DNA of 60,648 nt, taken from IMG/VR virus record IMGVR_UViG_3300022602_000101, positions 1-60,648 of that record. One strand, written 5' to 3'. Made by a program: the position numbers and the translations under genes. The notes beneath the pieces were generated by a model. It saw nothing but the letters and a program-made list of their open reading frames with translations. It was not told where the DNA came from and made no database searches. The first letter of the stretch is position 1, and each line of letters starts with the position of its first letter. This DNA comes from a virus (Duplodnaviria > Caudoviricetes). Positions 53,474-60,648 of this stretch are shown piece after piece.

Positions 53474-53646
53474 GCTTACCACTTGGCGAACAGATCAGAC
53501 TATTACTAGATGAAATGAATTACGACAAAGAACGTTTAACAATGGCAGAGGATTTACTCAATGAGGCATGGTGCCACATTACAGATCAAGACTTGAGACA
53601 AAAGATTAGTGATTATTTAAAAGAAAACATATTATCACGACAATGA
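53470..53646 (+). CDS. small helical protein (not in the ORF track)
   Basis: MSLPLGEQIRLLLDEM..., 58 aa, ATGA overlaps at both ends. Confidence 0.65.
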   Translation: MSLPLGEQIRLLLDEMNYDKERLTMAEDLLNEAWCHITDQDLRQKISDYLKENILSRQ

Positions 53647-53924
53647 ACCACGCAGACAAAGCAATTGAATTGGTACTTGGTGAACGCAATGCACACTATG
53701 GCACACCACTGGATGATTACACAAAGACCGCCAAAATATGGTCAGGTCTATTAGCACATAAACTTAAAGCTGAAATCACACCACAAGATGCAGTGATTAT
53801 GATGGTTGGCATGAAGCTATCACGTGAGATGCATTTGCACAAAGAAGATAACATTATTGATGCACATGGTTATCTGTTGTGCCTTGAGTGGATACAATCA
53901 GGTAAACGTCCAACAAAGGATTAA
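53643..53924 (+). CDS. DUF6378-like protein
   Basis: GERNAHYGTP...AKIWS...MKLSRE...DNIIDAHGY. Confidence 0.75.
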   Translation: MNHADKAIELVLGERNAHYGTPLDDYTKTAKIWSGLLAHKLKAEITPQDAVIMMVGMKLSREMHLHKEDNIIDAHGYLLCLEWIQSGKRPTKD

Positions 53925-53925
53925 C

Positions 53926-54168
53926 ATGGAAGACAAACTAATTGATGTGCCTGACAAGTATCAGGTTGAATGGGAAGGCATGCCTGAGTTTGTGCAAGAG
54001 CCACAGAAACCATTTGCTAAGATCATTGTGCGTTTTGAGACAGAACAAGACTTGCAAGACTTTGCTAAACTAATCGGCCAAAAGCTAACACCAAAAACAA
54101 AAAGCATATGGCACCCACAACTGGTACGTGGTAAGAACGCAGGACTCAGATATACTGATGCAACCTAA
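53926..54168 (+). CDS. small partner protein of TET-associated-type glycosyltransferases
   Basis: EWEGMPEFVQE...IIVRFETEQD...FAKLIGQKLTPKTKSIWHP. Confidence 0.65.
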   Translation: MEDKLIDVPDKYQVEWEGMPEFVQEPQKPFAKIIVRFETEQDLQDFAKLIGQKLTPKTKSIWHPQLVRGKNAGLRYTDAT

Positions 54169-55021
54169 GTATCCAGTCTACGTGATTAGTAAGGGTCGCT
54201 GGAATGTGCGCTTAACAGTGCGTGCATTGGAGCGCATGGGTTGCAAGTACTCCATTGTGGTTGAGCCACAGGAATACAATAACTATGCTGAACACATTGA
54301 TAAGCGTAACATATTGGTATTACCATTCAGCAATTTGGGTCAAGGTAGCATACCAGCACGCAATTGGGTGTGGGAGCATAGCATGTCACTCGGCCATGAT
54401 AAGCATTGGATCCTTGATGATAACATTGAGGACTTTAATAGACTCAATAGGAACATGAAGCCAGTGGTGCGTACACCAGCAATCTTTAGAGCAGCTGAGG
54501 ACTTTGTTGATCGCTACACAAATGTAGCCATTGCTGGATTCAATTATTATTCATTCTGCAAGACAACTGATCGTGTGCCACCATACTACCTTAACACACG
54601 TATTTATTCATGTATCCTAATTGATAACAAGATACCATACAAGTGGCGTGGCAGATACAATGAGGACACAGACCTTAGCCTGCGTGTACTCAAGGATGGT
54701 TACTGCACAGTGTTATTCAATGCTTTCCTTGCTGGCAAGGTGACCACCATGCGCATGAAAGGTGGCAACACTGATGAACTGTACCAAGGTGAGGGCAGAA
54801 AGCTTATGGCACAGGCATTAGTGGACATGCACCCTGACGTGGTCAAGATGACATGGAAGTTTAACAGATGGCATCATCAGGTTGATTACAGGCCGTTTAA
54901 GGCAAATAAATTGATTAAGAAACCAGATCTAGTTGTGCAAAAAGGGATTAACAATTATGGTATGATATTAACAAATCATGAGCCTAAACCACAAACTCAA
55001 CCAACCATTCAGCATAGGTGA
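54158..55021 (+). CDS. TET-associated/GREB1-like DNA glycosyltransferase
   Basis: YPVYVISKGR, ARNWVWEHS, HWILDDNI, RIYSCILI, WRGRYNEDTDLSLRVLKDG, MKGGNT. Confidence 0.8.
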   Translation: MQPKYPVYVISKGRWNVRLTVRALERMGCKYSIVVEPQEYNNYAEHIDKRNILVLPFSNLGQGSIPARNWVWEHSMSLGHDKHWILDDNIEDFNRLNRNMKPVVRTPAIFRAAEDFVDRYTNVAIAGFNYYSFCKTTDRVPPYYLNTRIYSCILIDNKIPYKWRGRYNEDTDLSLRVLKDGYCTVLFNAFLAGKVTTMRMKGGNTDELYQGEGRKLMAQALVDMHPDVVKMTWKFNRWHHQVDYRPFKANKLIKKPDLVVQKGINNYGMILTNHEPKPQTQPTIQHR

Positions 55022-55202
55022 CAAAGTATGGTTACATGACAGATGTAGTCCAAGCGGTATGGTTGTGAAAACAGTTGATACCAGATATGAAAGAATGTAT
55101 ATGGTTGAGTGGAATGATGGTGACTGTGACGAGTACTATGATTTTCAATTAACAAAAGACCGCCCAGAAAAAGATTTAACCCTAATAAATATAGATGACT
55201 AA
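54978..55202 (+). CDS. small SH3/KOW-like protein
   Basis: FSIGDKVWL...GMVV...YMVEW. Confidence 0.55.
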   Translation: MSLNHKLNQPFSIGDKVWLHDRCSPSGMVVKTVDTRYERMYMVEWNDGDCDEYYDFQLTKDRPEKDLTLINIDD

Positions 55203-55431
55203 AGCCGACCTACTAAACGTACTACAGAACACAGAAAAGATTACATTACATCTTGATGATGGTAAATCTGTTTTTGGTAAAGTGATTGATGTGTATGCTA
55301 GCCTGATACATGTTGAGCAACTGGATCAATCTGGTAACAAACTCAACGATGTGATGATACCACTCACAAAGATTGCTGCACTAGTGATTGATTTGCCAGC
55401 AGTGAAACCTGATGCACCGATTGATGTATGA
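55195..55431 (+). CDS. Hfq/Sm-like fold protein
   Basis: Helix (DLLNVLQ), then ITLHLDDGKSVFGKVIDV...LIHVE...VMIPLTKIAALV; parallels the Sm1/Sm2 motifs. Confidence 0.5.
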   Translation: MTKADLLNVLQNTEKITLHLDDGKSVFGKVIDVYASLIHVEQLDQSGNKLNDVMIPLTKIAALVIDLPAVKPDAPIDV

Positions 55432-55517
55432 ACACAACACCCACCATATTGGCCACACTGATAGCTGTGGCCATTGTGCTTGTATTACTTAAACTACCAA
55501 GGGATCCACAACTATGA
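55428..55517 (+). CDS. 29-aa membrane peptide (not in the ORF track)
   Basis: MNTTPTILATLIAVAIVLVLLKLPRDPQL with ATGA overlaps at both ends. Confidence 0.5.
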   Translation: MNTTPTILATLIAVAIVLVLLKLPRDPQL

Positions 55518-55717
55518 GCGATGGAGGCAAGGGTGACCGCCCAAGAAACTGCTACAGTAATCAATTCAGGGACAACTATGACGCAATATTCAGGTCTAAA
55601 AAGAACAGGAACACTGAAGCGCACACCGTTGAGACGAGTCAGCAAGAAACGGGCAAAAGAGAACAAACTTTACAGCGCATTAAGGACAGAGTATCTGCAG
55701 CTACACACCAAGTGTAA
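55514..55717 (+). CDS. small protein (GKGDxPR...NYDxIF family)
   Basis: MSDGGKGDRPRNCYSNQFRDNYDAIF, a common small phage protein motif. Confidence 0.55.
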   Translation: MSDGGKGDRPRNCYSNQFRDNYDAIFRSKKNRNTEAHTVETSQQETGKREQTLQRIKDRVSAATHQV

Positions 55718-55901
55718 GGTGTGCGAGGATCAGGGTTATGTACCAGTGCGTAAAGCAACTGAGATACATCATATGAACAAGAGATTTGGTTCACGTTTGA
55801 ATGACATGACCATGTGGTTACCAGTGTGTCATGCATGCCACATGGCAATTGAGGCTGACAAGAAGAATGCACGTGAAGTGGGTTATTTGATGGATATTTG
55901 A
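55578..55901 (+). CDS. HNH endonuclease-like protein
   Basis: KRTPLRRVSKKR, CKVC, EIHH, VCHACH. Confidence 0.75.
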   Translation: MTQYSGLKRTGTLKRTPLRRVSKKRAKENKLYSALRTEYLQLHTKCKVCEDQGYVPVRKATEIHHMNKRFGSRLNDMTMWLPVCHACHMAIEADKKNAREVGYLMDI

Positions 55902-55906
55902 TTTAT

Positions 55907-55950
55907 TTATAATTTAGTGCTTGCAATGTGTGGGGAATGTGTCATGCCTA
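55907..55950 (+). promoter_or_regulatory. promoter with TTATAATTTAGTGCTTG box
   Basis: 17-bp identity with 59887-59903 (minus strand); TTGCAA as -35. Confidence 0.55.
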
Positions 55951-55963
55951 ATAACATTCTCCT

Positions 55964-56257
55964 ATGAATACATATCAAACACTACAGTTCGACAATAATC
56001 AAAAAATATTAAAACAGTTGTACTTGCCTGATGCTATCAAGAACAACTTCGTACTAGCTTATGCTAAGTACATGAACGCACTTAATGACATCAGCAGAAA
56101 CGAAGATGGACATGTTAATACCATGCTCGATAACGCAGGTTTGGATGACATCAAACGTGACATATTATTCATCATGCAGAAATTGCAACGCTTTGAGAAT
56201 ACACAATGTGCGGTGCGAATTGATGCTAAGGGATCATTCTTTGTGGGGGACAAATAA
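55964..56257 (+). CDS. hypothetical protein
   Basis: 97-aa ORF after the promoter. Confidence 0.6.
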   Translation: MNTYQTLQFDNNQKILKQLYLPDAIKNNFVLAYAKYMNALNDISRNEDGHVNTMLDNAGLDDIKRDILFIMQKLQRFENTQCAVRIDAKGSFFVGDK

Positions 56258-56258
56258 C

Positions 56259-56432
56259 ATGGACGACATACAATTGGACATCATATCGGAACACGAGCTT
56301 GACCAACTGTTTGCAAGCTATGGCCTGAACCGCCCAAAAAGAATCAGCACAGAGATACGCAATGTTATGGAACTGTTGCAAGGTAATGCTAGCAACTTGC
56401 CCGACAACCAAGAAAGGCACATTACCACATGA
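56259..56432 (+). CDS. hypothetical protein
   Basis: MDDIQLDII..., tightly packed. Confidence 0.5.
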   Translation: MDDIQLDIISEHELDQLFASYGLNRPKRISTEIRNVMELLQGNASNLPDNQERHITT

Positions 56433-56569
56433 ATCCTTATGCCGTATGGGTACCCACTAACACTGGGCACTACTTGCTAACATTCCCTGACATGGACGCA
56501 GCATTCATCTTTGTGGTCAAGTTTGGTGGTGGCCTCAAGGTCATCGAGAACACTTATGAGACATTCTAA
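56429..56569 (+). CDS. 46-aa hypothetical protein (not in the ORF track)
   Basis: MNPYAVWVPTNTGHYLLTF..., ATGA overlap. Confidence 0.5.
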   Translation: MNPYAVWVPTNTGHYLLTFPDMDAAFIFVVKFGGGLKVIENTYETF

Positions 56570-56570
56570 C

Positions 56571-56792
56571 ATGAATATACAAAAAACAATAACATGGGAA
56601 GATGGTACAAGTGTGACGATTGATACACTCAACAAACCAGTTGGTTACACATGGCTTGGTGACATACGTGACAAGCGTGAGTTACCAGTGGCACATGACT
56701 GGCGCAGGTATTGGGGTAACATGGATGGCACAAAGGACAGGTACTTTTCGCCCACAATCAAACATGCCTACCAATGGGATAGTGGGGACTAA
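56571..56792 (+). CDS. hypothetical protein
   Basis: MNIQKTITWEDG...AYQWDSGD. Confidence 0.55.
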   Translation: MNIQKTITWEDGTSVTIDTLNKPVGYTWLGDIRDKRELPVAHDWRRYWGNMDGTKDRYFSPTIKHAYQWDSGD

Positions 56793-56794
56793 TT

Positions 56795-57010
56795 ATGAAA
56801 CAAAAGGCCGTAAAATCAAAGGAAAGGGCACTAGCAATGAAACAGATATCATTATATGAACATGGACAACAACTGCACGACCAGTTTGCTTACATCAGAT
56901 CACTAAACAGGCAAATTGAGTCACTGCAACGACAAAACAGTTTGCTACTCAATGAAATGTTGCGACTGGATCAACTTTTGTCAGGTAAACAATTAAAGAA
57001 CAACAAGTAA
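56795..57010 (+). CDS. small coiled-coil protein
   Basis: Heptad pattern, tightly packed. Confidence 0.55.
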   Translation: MKQKAVKSKERALAMKQISLYEHGQQLHDQFAYIRSLNRQIESLQRQNSLLLNEMLRLDQLLSGKQLKNNK

Positions 57011-57014
57011 TAAA

Positions 57015-57287
57015 ATGAAATACGAATATAACATACAACTAGAAGCATCAGAAACAAGTGGCAAACTAAGCGAAGATCTCTACAAGAGCTACACGCTTTA
57101 TGCCACCGTTAACAACAAACCATCAAAAACTGTGACCATTGGTATCATTGCCATCAATGATGGTGAGTTTCAGGTACAATTCACTGGTAGCTCAAAAGAT
57201 TATGGTATCAGTAGCAACGGCATCAATGTTATTGCTAACATGCTTGATACATTAAACATTGCACTGCAAGCAGTTAACAGGAAATAA
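57015..57287 (+). CDS. hypothetical protein
   Basis: 90-aa ORF in the operon. Confidence 0.6.
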   Translation: MKYEYNIQLEASETSGKLSEDLYKSYTLYATVNNKPSKTVTIGIIAINDGEFQVQFTGSSKDYGISSNGINVIANMLDTLNIALQAVNRK

Positions 57288-57288
57288 C

Positions 57289-57558
57289 ATGAGTAACAAA
57301 ACAAAAATGAGTACACTGTTTTTTGCAGTGAGTGATGATAATGAAAACAACTTTACCATATGGCAACCATTGAAAAAAAGCAAAGTTGGTAGTGACATTA
57401 AGTTAGGTGAATTGGTGCTAGTGGAAATGTTAAACAAGTACATATTCTTTCCAGAAAGAATTGATAACAAACCCATAGAAATACCACATAACTTGCAACA
57501 TGAGATAGATTGCTTGAGAAAACACATACAAGCAGTTGTAGACGAAGACATTGTGTAA
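57289..57558 (+). CDS. hypothetical protein
   Basis: MSNKTKMSTLFFAV..., last gene of the operon. Confidence 0.6.
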   Translation: MSNKTKMSTLFFAVSDDNENNFTIWQPLKKSKVGSDIKLGELVLVEMLNKYIFFPERIDNKPIEIPHNLQHEIDCLRKHIQAVVDEDIV

Positions 57559-57629
57559 CATTATGAACCAAAATCGACCAAGAAGATCACCGATGTAATA
57601 AAGACATCACATATGGTACACTAACACAC

Positions 57630-57776
57630 ATGTATCTCATAAAAACAATTGGTCTCATGCTACTAGCCATCCTTGCCGTCATACTCGACATAACTATCTG
57701 GCTACTCATGGTGCCAAGGGAAGGTGTCATGGTTCTTGCTAACTGGATCAATAAGGACACAACGGACGACATGTGA
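57630..57776 (+). CDS. 48-aa membrane protein (not in the ORF track)
   Basis: MYLIKTIGLMLLAILAVILDITIWLLMVP...; TG-G-TACACT-N7-ATG leaderless-type start. Confidence 0.5.
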   Translation: MYLIKTIGLMLLAILAVILDITIWLLMVPREGVMVLANWINKDTTDDM

Positions 57777-57860
57777 CAGGGTGTCACATTGCACCATGCC
57801 TCATGCAACAACTGACAACATGTGCTTGACACATGCGGACACATGCGGACATTGTGGCAC

Positions 57861-57890
57861 TTGACACATGCATCATGTTTCTGATACCTT
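57861..57890 (+). promoter_or_regulatory. sigma70-like promoter of the candidate ncRNA
   Basis: TTGACA-N18-TACCTT with an extended TG; predicted start ~57897. Confidence 0.6.
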
Positions 57891-57896
57891 GCTGGT

Positions 57897-58262
57897 ACAT
57901 CAGGCGTGATGGTGGATCAATTTGTTAGTGTTTGAGTGCCCCACATGATCACGCCCCATGTGGGGCTTTCTATTGTCACCTGAAACGACAATACAAACTG
58001 ATCCAACCACCTGTGCAAGGTGTAACGGTCTTGATGTTAGTAGCGGTGCCACCTTGACCAATCTGTTAGACCAAGTGGCTTAATTCATGGCGAAACCCGT
58101 TAGGGGTTTGTGAGTCGCTACATGCAGGGTCAATTGAGCCAATACCGCCCCATATGCATGTAGGTGTTCATCAGGCTTCCTAGTCCGATTTGCAATAGTG
58201 ATGCACACTCACCTGTCATGGGTGAGTTGTGCCCATGCAACTAACCCTGAACCGAAATGCAC
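57897..58262 (+). ncRNA. candidate structured non-coding RNA
   Basis: Nested helices 57897-904/58030-37, 57911-25/57993-58008, 57938-47/57957-66, 57971-77/57987-93; further domains 58043-58148 and 58203-58232; no plausible ORF. Confidence 0.55.
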
Positions 58263-58269
58263 TAGTGAA

Positions 58270-58615
58270 TCATGGTACATGGTACAATGTGCCAATACCA
58301 ATATGAACCAATCCAATTGGTACAATGTGCCAATGCACCAATGTGAACCAATGTGAACCAATGTGCCAATCCAATCCCAATCCAATGTGCCAATGTGAAC
58401 CAATCGAATTGGCCAATCCAATTCGTATCCAATCCATGTGGCAATCCCAATCCATGCAATGTGGCATTACCAATGCCAATTTGCAATAGTATCAATCTCA
58501 TACCATGGGATACATGTGAGACTGATACTTGATACTAAGGATACATTGTCACCATTGTCACCAATAACCAAATGAACCAATGAACCAATCTAATAAGAAC
58601 CAATGAGCCAATGGA
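58270..58615 (+). repeat. CCAAT short-repeat array 1
   Basis: About 25 CCAAT copies by hand count, with units such as GTGAACCAAT and GTGCCAAT. Confidence 0.9.
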
Positions 58616-58677
58616 TCTCACGTGGGTGCGAGCGTGCGTGCGAGAATGTGCCCGTAGCATGCGTACCATTGGGGCAC

Positions 58678-58707
58678 AAAAAAGGACACACCTTGCGAGT
58701 GTGTCCC
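58678..58707 (-). terminator. intrinsic terminator
   Basis: Minus strand GGACACAC-TCGCAAG-GTGTGTCC-TTTTTT. Confidence 0.85.
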
Positions 58708-58723
58708 GTTGTGTGGTGTGGTG

Positions 58724-58960
58724 TTAACGTATTTTGTTAAGTTCCCAAGCAAGGTGCTTGCTAAGGTTCTTCGTAAGCATGATTTTCAATTCCCAACGTG
58801 AGTATTCGTTGTGGTCTAAATGGTAGATACGTGAATTCCACCTGTTAATGTAATCGGTGCATTGTTGACTTGTACCAACGAATGCAACGGAGTACCTTGG
58901 TTTGCAACCATAGTAGTATCTTTTTGCTCGTACAGTGTGTGTTAATGAATCTGTATTCAT
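58724..58960 (-). CDS. hypothetical early protein
   Basis: MNTDSLTHTVRAKRYYYG...YHLDHNEYSR. Confidence 0.6.
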   Translation of the reverse strand: MNTDSLTHTVRAKRYYYGCKPRYSVAFVGTSQQCTDYINRWNSRIYHLDHNEYSRWELKIMLTKNLSKHLAWELNKIR

Positions 58961-59220
58961 GTTAGTGTTTTTTATAATTGTTGTTAATTTGTAAATACGT
59001 TTTGTTAAATCTTTCAAACTCTCCCGAAGTATCGTTAATGCTGACACCATTAGTTTTAAAATAGATGTTTACGTCTTTTAAATAATCGTACGCTCGTTGC
59101 CTATCGTATAAATCTTTTAAACTTTCAATGTAGTTTAAAGCCTCATCTACTGTTTTAATTTGATACAGATTTTCAATACTCAATATACCATATTCTATTT
59201 TCATGTTAGTGTTTTTTATA
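58956..59220. repeat. 21-bp perfect direct repeat flanking one gene
   Basis: TTCATGTTAGTGTTTTTTATA at 58956-58976 and 59200-59220. Confidence 0.9.
58962..59204 (-). CDS. hypothetical protein (repeat-flanked cassette)
   Basis: 80-aa AT-rich ORF ending YKKH, like its upstream neighbour. Confidence 0.65.
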   Translation of the reverse strand: MKIEYGILSIENLYQIKTVDEALNYIESLKDLYDRQRAYDYLKDVNIYFKTNGVSINDTSGEFERFNKTYLQINNNYKKH

Positions 59221-59850
59221 TGTTACGTTAAAAGCATCTGTGAAGCATAGGCGACACTCTAAGCATTTGTTGCCTTGCTTGCTACTAGGACAAGTGTAGT
59301 CAGATTCACTTACGCTTGAAACTTGCACTCCTAATCTCTTTGCAAGTGCCGTTGGTGCTAATCCGTCAACCTTGTAGCCACTTAAGCGAATGACTAAGTT
59401 GCTAGGCACCTTGTTTCCTGACTCAATGTACTCCCTAACGAATCCGTATTCCTTAGTAGGTAACCAATGTTTTAGGTGCGAAGTGCCTTCACAAATTGCC
59501 ACTATCTTTTTAAGATGATCAACGGATTGCAAATCGCCCGAATCAAACCATCTAAAATAGCCACTCTTTTCAAAACGTTTCAGTGTCTCAATCATTGCCT
59601 CAATGTATAATGGCGAGTACAGTGCCTGTAGTCGTCTTGCCATGGCGTTTTGTGTTGTAGGCATGCGATAAAAATTTGTACATGCGTAGCATTCATGACA
59701 CACTGTACCTTCTGTTTGTGCTAGCTTGCTACCTGTTTTGCAATGCTCTGCAGAGATACTCCATGAGTAGCAAGGCATCTTGGAAGGCTCGGACAAACCG
59801 CCCGTCAATTCATTCAATTGTTTTTTTGTTAGTTTTTTATTGGTTATCAT
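59206..59850 (-). CDS. GP88-like Cys-rich protein
   Basis: LSEPSKMP, CKTG...VCHECYA, YFRWFDSGD, HWLPTKE, NLVIRLS, CP...CLECRLC; start moved to MITNKK. Confidence 0.75.
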   Translation of the reverse strand: MITNKKLTKKQLNELTGGLSEPSKMPCYSWSISAEHCKTGSKLAQTEGTVCHECYACTNFYRMPTTQNAMARRLQALYSPLYIEAMIETLKRFEKSGYFRWFDSGDLQSVDHLKKIVAICEGTSHLKHWLPTKEYGFVREYIESGNKVPSNLVIRLSGYKVDGLAPTALAKRLGVQVSSVSESDYTCPSSKQGNKCLECRLCFTDAFNVTYKKH

Positions 59851-59860
59851 AAGAACCTGT

Positions 59861-59903
59861 AGCATGAAACAATTGTTTACATGATTCAAGCACTAAATTA
59901 TAA
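59861..59903 (-). promoter_or_regulatory. promoter with TTATAATTTAGTGCTTG box
   Basis: Minus strand TTATAATTTAGTGC-TTGAAT-N17-CATGCT. Confidence 0.55.
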
Positions 59904-59939
59904 TAAAGTAATGCTAATATACCTTATAAGAATCTCTAA

Positions 59940-60056
59940 TGATCCAATATGAACCAATGCGAATTGTTCCAATCGAATCCAATTGTACCAATCCAATGCG
60001 AATCGAATTGCAATCCAATCCAATCCAATCCAATCGAATCCAATGCAATCTCAATC
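59940..60056 (+). repeat. CCAAT short-repeat array 2
   Basis: About 11 CCAAT plus CGAAT/GCAAT variants; shares CCAATATGAACCAAT with array 1. Confidence 0.9.
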
Positions 60057-60245
60057 CGTTTTTTTCCATTTGGTTCTTGCTATGATGAAGTGGCACACAC
60101 TAACATTGCCTTGAGTCAGTTACATAGTTTCTTGATTCATTGTATATTGTCATTCATAAGAACATGCCACATTGCCGTCACAAGTAGTGTGGCATTGTTC
60201 ATTTGTGGCTCATGCGTGCACGCGAGAGTGAAGCATGAGGGCATG

Positions 60246-60272
60246 AAAAAACCCTGCTTGTTAGGCAGGGTT
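60246..60272 (-). terminator. intrinsic terminator
   Basis: Minus strand AACCCTGC-CTAACAA-GCAGGGTT-TTTT. Confidence 0.8.
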
Positions 60273-60290
60273 GCAATGTGTGGGTGAATC

Positions 60291-60458
60291 TTATTCTTCT
60301 TCGTCTTCCTCTACAGTAGACTCAAGGTCATAGTGTTTATAACTAGACAACTCGCTCAAGACGTCTTCCTGAGTCAGCTCTACTGCTTCGTCTTCGTTGT
60401 CTGCTTCAACCTCATGTATTATTGGCTGAATGGTATATGTAACAATATATTTAGGCAT
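60291..60458 (-). CDS. small acidic early protein
   Basis: MPKYIVTY...EVEADNEDEAVE...EEDEEE. Confidence 0.6.
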   Translation of the reverse strand: MPKYIVTYTIQPIIHEVEADNEDEAVELTQEDVLSELSSYKHYDLESTVEEDEEE

Positions 60459-60648
60459 GTGATGCTTCCCTTCTTGGTAATGTGCATAAGCCTGCATTAA
60501 TCAGGTCACGAGCAGTTCGACCATAGAAACCCTGCAACTGCCACACAACGCCCGTATCAATGAGACGTTGGAATAGCTGAATCACTTGGTCTTGATCGAG
60601 TGTGCCTAACTCAAAGCAAAGCATTTGGTCTAGATAATCATGGTTCAT
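60451..60648 (-). CDS. conserved small phage protein
   Basis: ELGTLD...LFQRLIDTG..WQLQG.YGR.A..LI family pattern. Confidence 0.7.
   Translation of the reverse strand: MNHDYLDQMLCFELGTLDQDQVIQLFQRLIDTGVVWQLQGFYGRTARDLINAGLCTLPRREASHA

Noticed and set aside
57897-58262. tRNA, tmRNA, RNase P RNA or group I intron
   Set aside because: I found no T-loop/CCA end, tag reading frame, RNase P P4 motif or interrupted host gene
58209-58501. Trp/His/Ile-rich minus-strand ORFs (also 59914-60096)
   Set aside because: They are translations of the CCAAT arrays, open in several frames and lying downstream of terminators
58270-58615. CRISPR array
   Set aside because: Units are 5-10 bp with no constant repeat plus unique spacer structure, and there are no cas genes
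55921-60284. 14-bp match TTGCAATGTGTGGG at 55921 and 60271
   Set aside because: Only two copies in different contexts in a TG-rich genome; cannot be separated from chance without statistics

Overview
The window appears to be an essentially complete ~60.6 kb tailed dsDNA phage genome of podovirus type. It has a large terminase, portal, scaffold, major capsid protein, tail tubular A/B-like proteins, three ejection-type proteins and a T7/Twinkle-like primase-helicase. I found no tape measure, sheath, integrase, DNA polymerase, RNA polymerase or tRNA gene. All family calls come from motif recognition, not database searches. The most unusual features are: (1) a promoter-defined, highly structured ~140-365 nt non-coding RNA candidate with a loop pseudoknot (57897-58262), in a genome that also encodes an Hfq/Sm-like protein and two KTSC domains; (2) a major capsid gene that is inverted, ~24 kb from the scaffold gene and preceded by a structured ~150 nt leader; (3) five Thr-rich collagen-like fibre genes, four sharing a Cys-rich N-terminal motif, beside four glycosyltransferases and a methyltransferase, suggesting a glycosylated virion coat; (4) two strand-polarised CCAAT arrays in a repeated gene-block/terminator/array layout; (5) a small gene bracketed by a perfect 21-bp direct repeat; (6) many apparently leaderless sigma70-type promoters and a recurring TTATAATTTA(G) operator-like box; (7) a TET-associated-type DNA glycosyltransferase with no visible base-hydroxylating partner.
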